From NCBI GenBank assembly GCA_965223325.1, contig CBDCWI010000001.1:1856001-1920000 (forward strand): a DNA stretch of 64,000 nucleotides, in the 5' to 3' direction. Made by a program: the position numbers and the translations under genes. The notes beneath the pieces are model-generated. The model was not told where the DNA came from, ran no database searches, and worked only from the letters and a program-made list of their open reading frames with translations. This DNA is from Candidatus Multivoradales bacterium (GTDB lineage Bacteria > Acidobacteriota > Thermoanaerobaculia > Multivoradales > Multivoraceae). Positions within the stretch are counted from its first letter, which is position 1; every line of letters begins with the position of its first letter. Below are positions 29,238 to 40,034 of this stretch, one piece after another.

Positions 29238-30092
29238 ATGAAGAGCTTCAATGGACGGGTGGCAGTCGTCACCGGCGCAGCCAAAGGGATCGGCCGTGCC
29301 CTGGCTTTCCGCCTCGCGCAAGAAGGTGCTCACCTCGCCCTCTCCGACATCGACGACGACGGGCTCGCCGCAACCGCTCGTGAAGCGTCCGAGGTCGCCG
29401 AGGCAGCCGGTCGAGCGATCGACATCCATCAGGCGATACTCGACGTCGCCGATCGTGCCGCCTTCACTGCCTACGTGACGGAGGTCACTGGACACTTCGA
29501 GCAGGTTCATCTGGTCTTCAACAATGCCGGCGTGGCGCTCGGAGCCCACATCCGTGAGATGTCCTTCGAAGACATCGAATGGCTGATGGGAATCAACTAC
29601 TGGGGTGTCGTCTATGGAACGATGCTCTTCCTGCCTCACCTCGAGCGCGCCGACGAAGCGCACATTGTCAACATCTCGAGCGTCTTTGGACTCGTTGGTG
29701 TGCCTTCGCAAGCGGCCTACAACTCGGCGAAGTTTGCAGTCCGTGGGTTCACCGAGGCACTGCGCATGGAGCTGGCAGTCGACGACAGCACGGTGAGCTG
29801 CACGTGTGTCCACCCCGCCGGCGTCGCGACCGACATCGCTCTCGCGAGTCGCGTTGGTTCGCTGCGCACCGATGCACCGAGCCGCCAGGAGGCAGACGAG
29901 TACTTCCGCAAGATCGCACGCCGCACGCCGGAGAGCGCCGCGCGCATCATCCTCCGCGGAGTCAAGCGCAAGAAGCGCCGGATCAGGGTCGGCTTCGACG
30001 CCGTCCTACTCGACTGGTTCCAACGCCTCCTCCCCACCGGCTACCAGCGCATCATCGAGTTCTCTGTGCGGCGCAACCCGATTCCGATGTAG
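29238..30092 (+). CDS. Short-chain dehydrogenase/reductase
   Basis: TGAAKGIG, NNAG, NISS, YNSAK. Confidence 0.95.
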   Translation: MKSFNGRVAVVTGAAKGIGRALAFRLAQEGAHLALSDIDDDGLAATAREASEVAEAAGRAIDIHQAILDVADRAAFTAYVTEVTGHFEQVHLVFNNAGVALGAHIREMSFEDIEWLMGINYWGVVYGTMLFLPHLERADEAHIVNISSVFGLVGVPSQAAYNSAKFAVRGFTEALRMELAVDDSTVSCTCVHPAGVATDIALASRVGSLRTDAPSRQEADEYFRKIARRTPESAARIILRGVKRKKRRIRVGFDAVLLDWFQRLLPTGYQRIIEFSVRRNPIPM

Positions 30093-30114
30093 GCCCACCG
30101 CGCGATGCGACTCT

Positions 30115-30477
30115 CTAGGTGAGTTCGACCGCTTCCTGGCAGGGCATGCACAGGGGCGCTTCGGGCAGTGCCTCGAGACGCTCGATGGCGATCCAGTCTT
30201 TGCAACGATTGCACTGACCGAAGCGGCCGGCGTCAAATGCAGCCAGCGCCGCTTTGATCTGCGCCAGTCGTACGTGGAGCTGGCCACGGTTGAGTTCGGA
30301 CATGCCCTGGAGCTGAATCGCATCGATGCGCGTCAAGCGACCGATGGTGCCGCCGCTGGTCTCGACGCTCGCAACGCCATCGTTGGGTTGTGCGAGCAGC
30401 GCCTCGGCAGCGGCTTGTGAGGCCAGCAGCCGCTCGTGAAAGTCGCGCAGTTGCTCCTTGGTGAGGGTCTTGTCCAT
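30115..30477 (-). CDS. TraR/DksA C4 zinc-finger protein
   Basis: IGRLTRIDA coiled-coil tip; FGQCNRC...ERLEALPEAPLCMPC. Confidence 0.9.
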   Translation of the reverse strand: MDKTLTKEQLRDFHERLLASQAAAEALLAQPNDGVASVETSGGTIGRLTRIDAIQLQGMSELNRGQLHVRLAQIKAALAAFDAGRFGQCNRCKDWIAIERLEALPEAPLCMPCQEAVELT

Positions 30478-30484
30478 GTCCTCT

Positions 30485-31735
30485 TCAGTCTAGTGGGCCC
30501 TGGCCAGCGACACGGTGCCCGGCGCGCCAGGTGGAGACGACGGCGTTGGCTTCGAAGTGGTAGATCCAGTCACGCTCAGACGGTGCGTCGACGAGAATGA
30601 AGTCGGCCTGCTTGCCGACCTCGAGGGAACCCAGGGTGTCCTCGAGGTCCAGAGCGCGGGCGGCGTAACAAGTCGCCCCTTTGATCACTTCGGCAGCGGT
30701 CATCTTCTGCATGACCGAGGCGAGCAGCATCGCCAGAGGTAGATGATGACTCGGTGCCGAACCGGGGTTCCAGTCCGTGGCGACCGCGACCGGAACGCCT
30801 GCCTCGATACAGGCGCGTGCCGGCATCGGCGTCTGGCCGAGAAAGAGGGTGGCCAACGGCAAACTCACCGCCACGACTCCACTGGTCGCCATCGCCTCGA
30901 TCCCGGCAGCTGAAACGTACTCGAGGTGGTCGGCAGATGTGGCACCCACCGACGCCGCCAACTCACCTCCGCCAGTGTCGCTCAACTGGTCGACGTGCAA
31001 CTTCGGGCGCATGCCCAGCTCCTTGGCCTGCTCGAGAATCCGTCGTGCCTCCTCGGGAGTAAAGGCACCCTCCTCGACGAAGACATCACAGAAGCGGGCG
31101 AGGCCGCGTTCGGCGATCGTCGGCAGCATCTTCTCGATCACCAGGTCGACGTAGGCCAAACGGTTCTCGCGATACTCCGGCGCAACGACGTGCGCGCCCA
31201 GAAACGTCGGCACGATCCGAGCGCTCCCGGGCCGATAGTGAGTGCCTTCTCTGGCAAGCTCTTCGTAGACTTCGAGCTGACGAAGCTCGGTCGCCAGCTC
31301 GAGACCGTAACCGCTCTTGCACTCGACGGTCGTCACGCCGAGCTCCACCATCTTCCGAAGCCGGGCGCGCGCTGTATCGAGCAACTCGTCGCGCGAGGCC
31401 TCGCGGGTAGACCTGACCGTCTTCTGAATCCCGCCGCCCGAAGCCGCGATCTCGAGGTAACCCTCGCCAGCAATTCGACGCTCGAACTCGTCGGCACGCG
31501 ATCCAGCGAAAGCGAGATGGGTGTGGCAGTCGACCAGGCCTGGAAAGACGAGATGACCCCGAGCATCGATGCGCTCCTCGCTGGCGAAGTCGGCTGGCAG
31601 GTCGCCGGCAACACCGACGAACTCGAGCGTTCCATCGCGCCACGCCAGCACACCCTCTTCGACCACGTGAAGCGTGCTCTGCCCGCCGGCCGGGGCGCAC
31701 GTGTAGACCGTGCCAGTGTTGACAAGAACCGGCAT
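30485..31735 (-). CDS. hutI: Imidazolonepropionase
   Basis: PGLVDCHTH, GGGI, ECKSGYGL, FLGAH, LHVDQL, SADHLE, ATDWNPGS. Confidence 0.96.
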   Translation of the reverse strand: MPVLVNTGTVYTCAPAGGQSTLHVVEEGVLAWRDGTLEFVGVAGDLPADFASEERIDARGHLVFPGLVDCHTHLAFAGSRADEFERRIAGEGYLEIAASGGGIQKTVRSTREASRDELLDTARARLRKMVELGVTTVECKSGYGLELATELRQLEVYEELAREGTHYRPGSARIVPTFLGAHVVAPEYRENRLAYVDLVIEKMLPTIAERGLARFCDVFVEEGAFTPEEARRILEQAKELGMRPKLHVDQLSDTGGGELAASVGATSADHLEYVSAAGIEAMATSGVVAVSLPLATLFLGQTPMPARACIEAGVPVAVATDWNPGSAPSHHLPLAMLLASVMQKMTAAEVIKGATCYAARALDLEDTLGSLEVGKQADFILVDAPSERDWIYHFEANAVVSTWRAGHRVAGQGPLD

Positions 31736-33258
31736 CAGTCGAGTGCTCCGGTGACCGCTTCGACGGCAGCCAGAAAATCGGTCCCCGAAAGCTCTCTAAT
31801 GCACGACTTGAGGTCATTGCCGAGCAGGTCGTCCTCTTCACGGTGCGGCAGACGCTCGCGCAGGTAGGCGTGCGCCTCTTCGACCCCCCGACCCGGGCGC
31901 AGAGGCTTGCGGTAGTCGAGCGCCTGGGCGACGGTGAACAGCTCGATCGCGAGGACTCGGCTCGTGTTCAAGTACACGTCGTACAGCTTGGTGGCACCAA
32001 TTGCACCCATGCTGACGTGGTCTTCCTGACCGAGGCTGGTAGGAATCGAATCGACCGAAGACGGATGGCACAACACCTTGTTCTCAGACACCAGGGCCGC
32101 CGCGGTGTACTGCGGAATCATGAAACCCGAGTTCACGCCGGTCTCGCGCATTAGAAGCGTGGGCAGATCGTCGTGTCCGCCAAGTAGAAGAAAGATCCTG
32201 CGCTCAGAGACGCTCGCCAACTCGGCCAGCGCAATCGCCGCATAGTCGAGCGCCAGTGCCAGCGGCTGGCCATGAAAGTTGCCGCCGCTGATGATCTCGC
32301 CGTCCTCGAACACCAGAGGGTTGTCGGTGACCGAGTTGAGCTCACACTCGATCACCTCGCCGGCATGAGCCAGCGCGTCGCGGCTCGCGCCATGGATCTG
32401 CGGAGCGCAGCGCAACGAGTATGGGTCCTGCACCTTGCCGCAGAAACGGTGCGACTCGAGAATCTCGCTTTCCGCCAATAACCTGCGGACGTTCGCCGCG
32501 ACTTTTGCCTGGCCAGGATGCGGGCGTATGGCATGCACGCGCTCATCGAATGGTTTGGCACTTCCCCTGAGCGCTTCGAGGCTCATCGCCGCCAGCACGT
32601 CGGCGATCTTGACCAGTCGCAGCGCGTTCGAGAGCACCCAGGCACCGTAGGCGCACATGAACTGCGTCCCGTTGATGAGGGCCAGCCCATCTTTTGCTTC
32701 GAGCTCGATCGGTGAGAGTCCTGCCCTCCTGAGCACCACGCCTGCGTCGACCGCCCGAGCCGTTTTGCCACTCACGTCCTGTGGGTCGTCCGACCAGAAC
32801 TGACCCAGCCCGAGAAGCGGTAGCGCCAGGTGAGCCAAGGGGGCGAGATCTCCCGAGGCACCCAGGCTGCCCTTGTTTGGCACCACTGCATCGAAGCCCA
32901 TCCGCCAGTGCGCGAGCAGGCGATCGAAGGTGGTGCCGGAAACCCCGGAGTATCCGAGGCCAAGGGCGTGGATCTTGAACCCCAGCATCAGGCGCGTAAT
33001 CTCGCGTGGCACCGGATCACCCACTCCGACCGCGTGACTCAGGATCAAGTTGCGCTGCAGGCGAGCCAGGTCCTGGTTGGCAATGCGCTGCGACGCCAGG
33101 ATGCCGAAGCCGGTGTTGATCCCGTAGTAGGGGTTGCCATCGTCGAGGTTGCGTTCGACGACTTCGCGCGACGCCGCGACCGGCGACGGGTCGGCTGCCA
33201 GCTGCGCGAGCGAAGCGTCGAGGTCTGCCTCGAGGTGCGCCAACCGGATGGTCGTCAT
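31735..33258 (-). CDS. hutH: Histidine ammonia-lyase
   Basis: YGINTGFG, GSLGASGDLAPL (MIO-forming ASG), QDPYSLRC, SGGNFHGQP, QEDHVSMG. Confidence 0.96.
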   Translation of the reverse strand: MTTIRLAHLEADLDASLAQLAADPSPVAASREVVERNLDDGNPYYGINTGFGILASQRIANQDLARLQRNLILSHAVGVGDPVPREITRLMLGFKIHALGLGYSGVSGTTFDRLLAHWRMGFDAVVPNKGSLGASGDLAPLAHLALPLLGLGQFWSDDPQDVSGKTARAVDAGVVLRRAGLSPIELEAKDGLALINGTQFMCAYGAWVLSNALRLVKIADVLAAMSLEALRGSAKPFDERVHAIRPHPGQAKVAANVRRLLAESEILESHRFCGKVQDPYSLRCAPQIHGASRDALAHAGEVIECELNSVTDNPLVFEDGEIISGGNFHGQPLALALDYAAIALAELASVSERRIFLLLGGHDDLPTLLMRETGVNSGFMIPQYTAAALVSENKVLCHPSSVDSIPTSLGQEDHVSMGAIGATKLYDVYLNTSRVLAIELFTVAQALDYRKPLRPGRGVEEAHAYLRERLPHREEDDLLGNDLKSCIRELSGTDFLAAVEAVTGALD

Positions 33259-33265
33259 GACGGCG

Positions 33266-33301
33266 CTCTCACAGAAGCTCTCACAGGAGCCCTCACAGGA
33301 G
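33266..33301. repeat. 3 x 12-bp tandem repeat duplicating the hutU stop region
   Basis: ctctcacagaag/ctctcacaggag/ccctcacaggag. Confidence 0.8.
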
Positions 33302-34951
33302 AGGTGTATCGATCGATTTCTCGGCGGCCGCGTCCAGGGCCTCCTGGTATCCGGCATCGGCATGGCGCATGACACCTGTGCCCGGGTCGGCGGTCAGGAC
33401 CCGCTCGACGCGATCGCGGTTCTCGTCGGTCCCGTCGGCGACGATCACCATGCCCGAGTGAATCGAATAGCCGATCCCCACACCCCCACCATGATGCAGC
33501 GAGACCCAGCTCGCCCCGCAGGCGGTGTTGAGCATCGCGTTGAGGAGCGGCCAGTCGGCGATCGCGTCGGAGCCGTCGCGCATGCCTTCGGTCTCGCGGT
33601 TGGGAGAGGCCACCGAGCCCGAGTCGAGGTGGTCACGCCCGATGACCAGCGGTGCCTTGACCTTGCCCGTCTTGACCAGGTGATGAAAGCGCAGGCCGAG
33701 CTCGGCACGCTCACCGTACTCGAGCCAACAAATACGACTCGGCAGACCCTGAAAGGCGACACGGTCACGCGCCTGTTCGATCCATCGCCTGAGATGTTCG
33801 TTGTCAGGAAAAGCGACGAGCACTTCGTCATCGGTGACTGCAATGTCTTGCGGGTCGCCCGACAGTGCTGCCCAACGGAAGGGACCCGAGCCGCGGCAGA
33901 AGAGTGGGCGAATGTACTCGGGCACGAAGCCAGGAATGTCAAAGGCGCGTTTCATACCCCGCCGGTCGGCGACCTGACCGCGCAGGTTGTTGCCGTAGTC
34001 AAAGGTCACCGCCCCGCCCTCTTTGAGCGCCAGCATGGCGTCGACATGGGCCTCCATCGAATCGAGCACCGCGTTCTCGTACCCTTCCGGGTCTTTCGCA
34101 CGCCGAGCCGCGGCGTCGGTAAGCGAATGACCGACCGGTATGTACCCCACCACCAGATCGTGCGCCGACGTCTGATCGGTCAAGACATCGGGAACTACGC
34201 CGCGCTCAACCAGGGCCGGTAGGACTTCCGCGATATTTCCAACCAGGCCGATCGACAGAGCACGACCTTCTTCTTTGGCCGCCAAGACGCGTTCGAGAGC
34301 ATCGTCGAGTTCATGGCACAGGCGGTCGCAGTAGCGGGTTTCGACGCGACGTTGGATGCGCGCCTCGTCGACATCGACGCCGAGAAAGGCGGCGCCATTC
34401 AACGTTGCGGCAAGTGGTTGAGCGCCGCCCATGCCTCCGAGCCCACCGGTGACGACGAGTCGGCCGGCAAGCGTGCCGCCAAAGTGCTGCCGGGCACACT
34501 CGGCAAAGGTCTCGTAGGTGCCTTGCAGAATGCCCTGGGTGCCGATGTAGATCCACGAGCCGGCCGTCATCTGGCCGTACATCGTGAGCCCCATCGCCTC
34601 GAGCCGGCGGAACTCATCCCAGTTCGCCCACCGCGGCACGAGATGGGAGTTGGCGATCAAGACCCGCGGTGCCTGGTCGTGGGTGCGGAACACGCCGACT
34701 GGCTTGCCACTTTGCACGAGCATTGTCTCGTCGTTCTCGAGTCGCTCGAGGGTCTTGGTGATCGCCTCGAACGATTCCCAGTTGCGTGCCGCCTTGCCCG
34801 AGCCGCCGTAGACCACCAGGTCTTCCGGGCGCTCAGCGACCGCCGGGTCGAGGTTGTTCATCAGCATGCGAAGCGCTGCTTCTTGATGCCAACCACGGCA
34901 GCTGATCTTGCTGCCGTGCGGCGCTTGGATCGGCGAATATGAAGAGGCCAT
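33293..34951 (-). CDS. hutU: Urocanate hydratase
   Basis: [68 protein letters not shown]. Confidence 0.98.
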   Translation of the reverse strand: MASSYSPIQAPHGSKISCRGWHQEAALRMLMNNLDPAVAERPEDLVVYGGSGKAARNWESFEAITKTLERLENDETMLVQSGKPVGVFRTHDQAPRVLIANSHLVPRWANWDEFRRLEAMGLTMYGQMTAGSWIYIGTQGILQGTYETFAECARQHFGGTLAGRLVVTGGLGGMGGAQPLAATLNGAAFLGVDVDEARIQRRVETRYCDRLCHELDDALERVLAAKEEGRALSIGLVGNIAEVLPALVERGVVPDVLTDQTSAHDLVVGYIPVGHSLTDAAARRAKDPEGYENAVLDSMEAHVDAMLALKEGGAVTFDYGNNLRGQVADRRGMKRAFDIPGFVPEYIRPLFCRGSGPFRWAALSGDPQDIAVTDDEVLVAFPDNEHLRRWIEQARDRVAFQGLPSRICWLEYGERAELGLRFHHLVKTGKVKAPLVIGRDHLDSGSVASPNRETEGMRDGSDAIADWPLLNAMLNTACGASWVSLHHGGGVGIGYSIHSGMVIVADGTDENRDRVERVLTADPGTGVMRHADAGYQEALDAAAEKSIDTPLL

Positions 34952-34971
34952 ACGCCGAGTCTACCGATGCA

Positions 34972-36513
34972 CTAGAAGCCCTCGGTGAGGATCGCCAGAA
35001 TCGTGCGGATCCCGTCTTCGAAGTTGCCCAACCTCAGGTTCTCATTCGGGCTGTGCTGGTTGTTGTCGGGGTTGACGGTCGGAACGCTGACGGCCGGCAA
35101 GCCAACCGTGTCGACGAACGGTGAGATCGGAATCGAGCCACCGGCCATGCGCAAGCGAACCGGGGTCTCACCGAACGCACGCTCCATGGCGCTCGTCAGC
35201 CACCGGCCGACGGCGCTCTCGAAGGGCGTGCGAAACGCAGCGTAGCTGATCTCGTACTCGAACGAGGCGAGCAACGGGTACCGCCGACGCTCGTCTTCCG
35301 TCGGTTCGCCGTGGACGAGGTGGTAGCCCTGGTCCTCGATCCAACGCCGCACCAGACCCATCAAGCGCTCGGCGTCACTCTCGGGAACCAGACGCAAGTC
35401 GAGTTCAGCGACCGCGCTCGCTGGGATCACAGTCCGCACTTCGTCGCCGACCCAGGCCGACCGCATGCCGCGCAAGTTGAGCGACGGGTACTGAATCGCC
35501 TCCTGGAGCGTCTCGGCGACCTCGTAGGGGGCCGCGACTCCAATCTCTCGAAGCAACTCGTCCTGGGTTTCGGGAACACCCGCGAGCACCGCGCGCGCCG
35601 CAGCGTCGATCTCGACGCCGTCGTAGAACCCTGGAATCACCACCCGCCCAGAGGCGTCCTTCCACGAAGCAACCAGAGCCGCAAGGCGCTCTGCTGGATT
35701 CGGCGCCCAGTTGCCCCAATGCCCACTGTGCTGCGGCGTGCGCGGCCCGAAGACTCGTAGAGTCACCGTTCCGATGCCGCGCGCCCCAAACGTCAGGGTC
35801 GGCCGGTTGCTGGTGTGGCGTGGGCCGTCGAAGATGACCAGGGCATCGGCTGCCAACTCCTGACGGTAACTCTCGACAGCATCGGGCACGTGCGGCGAAC
35901 CGAGTTCCTCCTCGAAGTCCATGATGACCGCCAGGTCGACAGTGGGCAGAGCCCCTTCGCGCGCGAGCACGTCGAGCGCCGCGAGAAACATCGCCACCGG
36001 CCCCTTGGCATCCGAGGCCGAGCGCGCGAAGACGCGCCAGTCAGGATCGCGCTCCTCGCCGTGAGCCCGACTCCAGGGCAACACCTGCCAGTTCCCTCCA
36101 ACCGCTTCTTGCGCGAGCACTGGCTTCCAGGGGTCTTCCTGCCACCACTCCGTGGCATCGACCGGCTGACCGTCGAGCTGAAGGTAGACGAGGACCCTGT
36201 GCTCGGCACCCGGGTGGGCACGCTCCGCCAGCAAGAGCGGCGGCCCGCCTGTTTCGAGGCGGCGCGTCTTGAAACCGCGCGCGCTAAAGGCCACCTCAGA
36301 CCAGGCGACGTTGTTTTCGATGTGGTCTGTGAAGTGCGCGTCGTTGGGGATCGCCAAGAGTTCGGCGAGCAGGTCCAGGCCGTCGGCCGTCTGCGAACTG
36401 GCGAGCTCGATCAGCTGCTCCCGATTCCACTCCTCGCCCAGCGCAGGAACCGGCGCTCCCACAAAGAGAGCGACGGGCGCCAGCGACATCAGTAGAGAGG
36501 TCCACCGCTGCAT
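34972..36513 (-). CDS. Secreted M20 family metallo-dipeptidase
   Basis: Signal peptide; LDGQP, RSASDAKGP, FEEELGSP, HSGHWG, GGSIP, NQHSPNENL. Confidence 0.88.
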   Translation of the reverse strand: MQRWTSLLMSLAPVALFVGAPVPALGEEWNREQLIELASSQTADGLDLLAELLAIPNDAHFTDHIENNVAWSEVAFSARGFKTRRLETGGPPLLLAERAHPGAEHRVLVYLQLDGQPVDATEWWQEDPWKPVLAQEAVGGNWQVLPWSRAHGEERDPDWRVFARSASDAKGPVAMFLAALDVLAREGALPTVDLAVIMDFEEELGSPHVPDAVESYRQELAADALVIFDGPRHTSNRPTLTFGARGIGTVTLRVFGPRTPQHSGHWGNWAPNPAERLAALVASWKDASGRVVIPGFYDGVEIDAAARAVLAGVPETQDELLREIGVAAPYEVAETLQEAIQYPSLNLRGMRSAWVGDEVRTVIPASAVAELDLRLVPESDAERLMGLVRRWIEDQGYHLVHGEPTEDERRRYPLLASFEYEISYAAFRTPFESAVGRWLTSAMERAFGETPVRLRMAGGSIPISPFVDTVGLPAVSVPTVNPDNNQHSPNENLRLGNFEDGIRTILAILTEGF

Positions 36514-36633
36514 GCTCAGAGTCCTTTCGAAATTGAGCTCGGAACGTAGCGCGTTGCACGCTACCACCGGGAACCGAAGGGCGAACGGCGGAGTCTCACC
36601 CGAGGAGTCGAGGTTCACCCGAAGAGGTGCACC

Positions 36634-37362
36634 ATGTCAAAAGAACTGTCCGTCGAGAGGGAAGCCGAACAGACCACACCACCGTCACGGGGAACGGATC
36701 CGAACCGCCTCACAGTGGCCGAGCAGCTCCTGCTCGAAGACACCTATGATTCGCGCAACTTGCGCCGTGCACTCGTCGCTGCGGCGGTCGCGCATGCGGT
36801 CTTGTTGGTGATGAACTTCCCCAACATCCTGCCCGAACCGATCGTGGAAGCCGAGAAGCCCAAGGTCTACGTCGTCGCGTCCCCGCGCTTCAAGCCGCCT
36901 CCACCGAAACCGGAACAACCGCTGCCCAAGCCGGTCACGCGCCGTGTTCCGGTTCCCGATCCCACGCCAGACGATCCCGAGCCGCTGCGCTTCGACGAAC
37001 CGGTCGAAGTCGAACTCCCCGAGGTCGACCTGGTGTTGGACATGCCAGCGGCGCCTCCGCCGCCCGCCCCTCGGATCCTCACGGTCTCAGGCGAAGTCGA
37101 GGCCCCGGTTGGAATCCACCAACCACCACCCATCTACACCGAGATCGCCCGTCGTACCCGCGTCGAGGGTGTCGTCAGATTGCAGGCGGTCATCGACGAT
37201 CAGGGCCAGGTGAAGAACGTCGAGGTGCTGAAAGGTCTACCGATGGGCCTCACCGAAGAGGCAGTGCGCGCAGTCTCGCAGTGGACGTTCAGCCCAGCGA
37301 CCCTTCGCGGTCGGCCGGTGTCGGTGTACTACACCCTCGCCGTGACCTTCGAACTGCACTGA
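36634..37362 (+). CDS. tonB: Energy transducer TonB
   Basis: TM with AVAH, Pro-rich linker, C-terminal YTEIARRTRVEGVVRL...AVSQWTFSPA..GRPV. Confidence 0.9.
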   Translation: MSKELSVEREAEQTTPPSRGTDPNRLTVAEQLLLEDTYDSRNLRRALVAAAVAHAVLLVMNFPNILPEPIVEAEKPKVYVVASPRFKPPPPKPEQPLPKPVTRRVPVPDPTPDDPEPLRFDEPVEVELPEVDLVLDMPAAPPPPAPRILTVSGEVEAPVGIHQPPPIYTEIARRTRVEGVVRLQAVIDDQGQVKNVEVLKGLPMGLTEEAVRAVSQWTFSPATLRGRPVSVYYTLAVTFELH

Positions 37363-37461
37363 AGCCTGCACCCGACGATCAAACTCCACTGGTGCGACGA
37401 ACGGAGCGCGAGGCTTCTTCGGGGCGAACGGAGGAGCGGCCGCCAGACCCTGAGGGGATTT

Positions 37462-38997
37462 CTAGAACGTCGACAGCCCGGTTGCCTCCATGAACCGGTA
37501 GCGCGTCGCGGCCCACCAGGAATCGTCTTCGAACTCCGAGTAGTCGAGCGTGTAGCTAGCGGCGGAGTCGTTGGTCCACAGTCGCTCGAACCAGGCGGTG
37601 ACCTCGAGATCGAAGAAGCCACCCCGCTGGCCCCGCACTTCGACATTGGCTTCGAGGTTGTAGTCGGAAACGTTTCGCCGGGTGAGGTTGGATGATCCGA
37701 GACTCACCAGAACCTCGTCGCCAGCACGAACGATGGTTGCCTTGGTATGGAACTGTTCACCGTGAGTGTCGTACCAGCGCACTTCGAGGTCACCGTCATC
37801 GACCAGCTCGGCAGCCACCGGCCGATTCGGAACGCCGTTCTTCTCGCGACCGAAGGCATCACGATTCGAGTCGAGAATCAACCTCACCCTCGCACCACGT
37901 TGGGCGGCAGCCTCGAGCGCGTTGACGACGCCGCGATGTGCCAGATAGAACATCGCCATGTCGATCGAGTCGCCCCTCCTGGTGCTGTTGATGGCCTCCA
38001 GGAGGGAGCGCACCACCGCGCCCTCGGTCACCACGCGCATGCGCGTTCCAGCCGCCGCGCCTGTGTCCGTCTCAGGAGGCGTGGGTAGCGCGGCCCACTG
38101 CGCTCTGAACCTGCCTTGCGCCGGATCCCAACCAGAGGAGCGCGCAATCGCAAGTTCGCTGGCGAGCTGGTCGAGGACCGCCTCACCAAAGAAGACGAGC
38201 CCGACATTCGAGTGACGGCTGGAAGCATCGTGGGGGTTGGCCGAAGTCACCAGGCCAACAGGAGGGAGTTCAAAGCGACCCGCAACGGCGACCTTTCGAT
38301 GGTTGGCCTTGAAGTTGAGCATGTGCAGGTAGCTGCGTACCGTGGTCTCGTCGCCGGGCTCGAAGGGGTTGGGCACAAAACCACCGCCGCGATCGTTGCC
38401 CAGCCAGGAGAAGGCCCAGCGGTAGACGCTCGAGTACAGCGGGTTCGAGTCCCGCAGATCTCCGAGGTCGGTCAGCACGACGTCGATGTCGTTCCTTCGC
38501 AACGTCTCCAGGCCATGGTGACCCTCGCTACCGTAGACCTCGTTGATCGGGTCGGTGATCAGGAGGATCGGCAGCTCCGGAGAACGCTGGCGGCGTGCGA
38601 CCAGCCGATCGATGAGCTCACCGCTCAGTCGCCGATGAACCGACTCGGGATCACCCGCGAAGTCGTTGATCAGGAAGAAGTCGAGCACCAGGAAGGTTTC
38701 GGCGGTTTCGATGAGCTCGAAGAGGCGATCGAAGATCTCCTGCTCCAAGACCTCTCCCTTCGCGTACGTAACGTCGGCCAAAAAGTCCAGCTCGCCGGGC
38801 CGAACGGGACGCCAGGGGCCTTCGACGTGCGTTCCAGGAGGCATCGGTTTGATGCACTGCGCAACGCCGACGGCGACCGACAGGCCGAGGGCGAGTGCGA
38901 CCAACCGTCTGAGCCATCGACGCCAGCGGGGGCCAGAACTCCGGCCTCCCGCGGCAGAGATCGCGGTGCCTCTCTCCGTACCGAATCGGTCGGTCAT
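37462..38997 (-). CDS. Phospholipase D superfamily protein
   Basis: Two HxK motifs (NHRKVAVA...SANPH; FHTKATIV...GSSNLT); N-terminal TM. Confidence 0.88.
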   Translation of the reverse strand: MTDRFGTERGTAISAAGGRSSGPRWRRWLRRLVALALGLSVAVGVAQCIKPMPPGTHVEGPWRPVRPGELDFLADVTYAKGEVLEQEIFDRLFELIETAETFLVLDFFLINDFAGDPESVHRRLSGELIDRLVARRQRSPELPILLITDPINEVYGSEGHHGLETLRRNDIDVVLTDLGDLRDSNPLYSSVYRWAFSWLGNDRGGGFVPNPFEPGDETTVRSYLHMLNFKANHRKVAVAGRFELPPVGLVTSANPHDASSRHSNVGLVFFGEAVLDQLASELAIARSSGWDPAQGRFRAQWAALPTPPETDTGAAAGTRMRVVTEGAVVRSLLEAINSTRRGDSIDMAMFYLAHRGVVNALEAAAQRGARVRLILDSNRDAFGREKNGVPNRPVAAELVDDGDLEVRWYDTHGEQFHTKATIVRAGDEVLVSLGSSNLTRRNVSDYNLEANVEVRGQRGGFFDLEVTAWFERLWTNDSAASYTLDYSEFEDDSWWAATRYRFMEATGLSTF

Positions 38998-39536
38998 GGA
39001 CTCGGTCGGCGCGCGAATCGCAGCCGCTCGCGCCAGTAGTGACTCTCGTTGACGGCGGTCTCGACGACGCCCTTCGAACTCGAGGCGTGCAACATCAAGA
39101 GCGGTTCCCCTGGACCGGATGACACCAGCCCAACATGGTGCAGCCGCCCGCTGCCGTCAGCAAAGAAGAGCAGGTCGCCTTGCTCGACTTCGTCGAGTGC
39201 CACACGTTCGCCAACCCGTGCCTGCTCCTCGGTGCTGCGCGGCAGCCCGCCTCCTGCACGCTGATAGACGTAGCGGGTAAAGCCCGAGCAATCGAAACCT
39301 CGAGGGTCGGTGCCGCCGAAGGCATAGGGCGTACCGAGGAGAGACTGCGCGACTCCTACGACCGGGGTGAGCGGCAGCGTCGAGGGCAAACGAGCGGTGC
39401 TAGCCGCTGCCCCCTTCCCCGGTGAGCGACTCACCGCCGAGCAGGCGACGACCGCGAAGAGGGCAAACAAGATCAGTGACGCCACGGCGCTGGCCAGCAG
39501 CTCGGCAAAGGCACCACGACGCCGCGGCTCAGGCAC
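38994..39536 (-). CDS. NlpC/P60 (C40) lipoprotein peptidase
   Basis: Lipobox VVAC; GTPYAFGG..GFDCSGF, GDLLFF, HVG, HASS; GTG 39536 follows GAGGTG. Confidence 0.9.
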   Translation of the reverse strand: MPEPRRRGAFAELLASAVASLILFALFAVVACSAVSRSPGKGAAASTARLPSTLPLTPVVGVAQSLLGTPYAFGGTDPRGFDCSGFTRYVYQRAGGGLPRSTEEQARVGERVALDEVEQGDLLFFADGSGRLHHVGLVSSGPGEPLLMLHASSSKGVVETAVNESHYWRERLRFARRPSP

Positions 39537-40008
39537 TGTTTTCACCTCGCTTCGACGCGCCTGAAGCATCGGGACGCCGATGCATCCGGCGCAGCCCTTC
39601 ACTGGCACTGGTCATGGCAACGACGAGCGCACCGACGACCGGCGCGATCAACAGCACCCCCATGCCGAGCGCCTTCTTCAGTCGGGCGGACCGCTCGACT
39701 TCGAAGTAGGCCTCCTCAGGACCCCCCTGCTCGCCCGATCCGGCAGACTCGTCGAACTCAGCCGGCCGAACCTCGCCGTCTGCGAGGTGCCATTCCCCAT
39801 CGAAGTCGGCAAGCAGAGTCCTCGCCCGTTCCACATCCTCACTACTGACCTGTAGCCGCATGCCGCCGATGACCGGAATCAAGAACCAGTTCATGCTCGC
39901 CATCTCCCGATCACAGAGGCTGGCGTCGATGCCTTCCCCACGCAGATAGGCGAGAGCCAGCTCAGCCTGGACTGGATCCTGGAAGCGGGCGATGTTGGTG
40001 AAGGTCAT
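39529..40008 (-). CDS. DUF2007 domain membrane protein
   Basis: AELALAYLRGEGI...GGMRLQVSSEDVERARTLL plus a C-terminal TM. Confidence 0.8.
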   Translation of the reverse strand: MTFTNIARFQDPVQAELALAYLRGEGIDASLCDREMASMNWFLIPVIGGMRLQVSSEDVERARTLLADFDGEWHLADGEVRPAEFDESAGSGEQGGPEEAYFEVERSARLKKALGMGVLLIAPVVGALVVAMTSASEGLRRMHRRPDASGASKRGENSA

Positions 40009-40034
40009 GGCAAGAACGCCGGCCTGGCCCCGTT

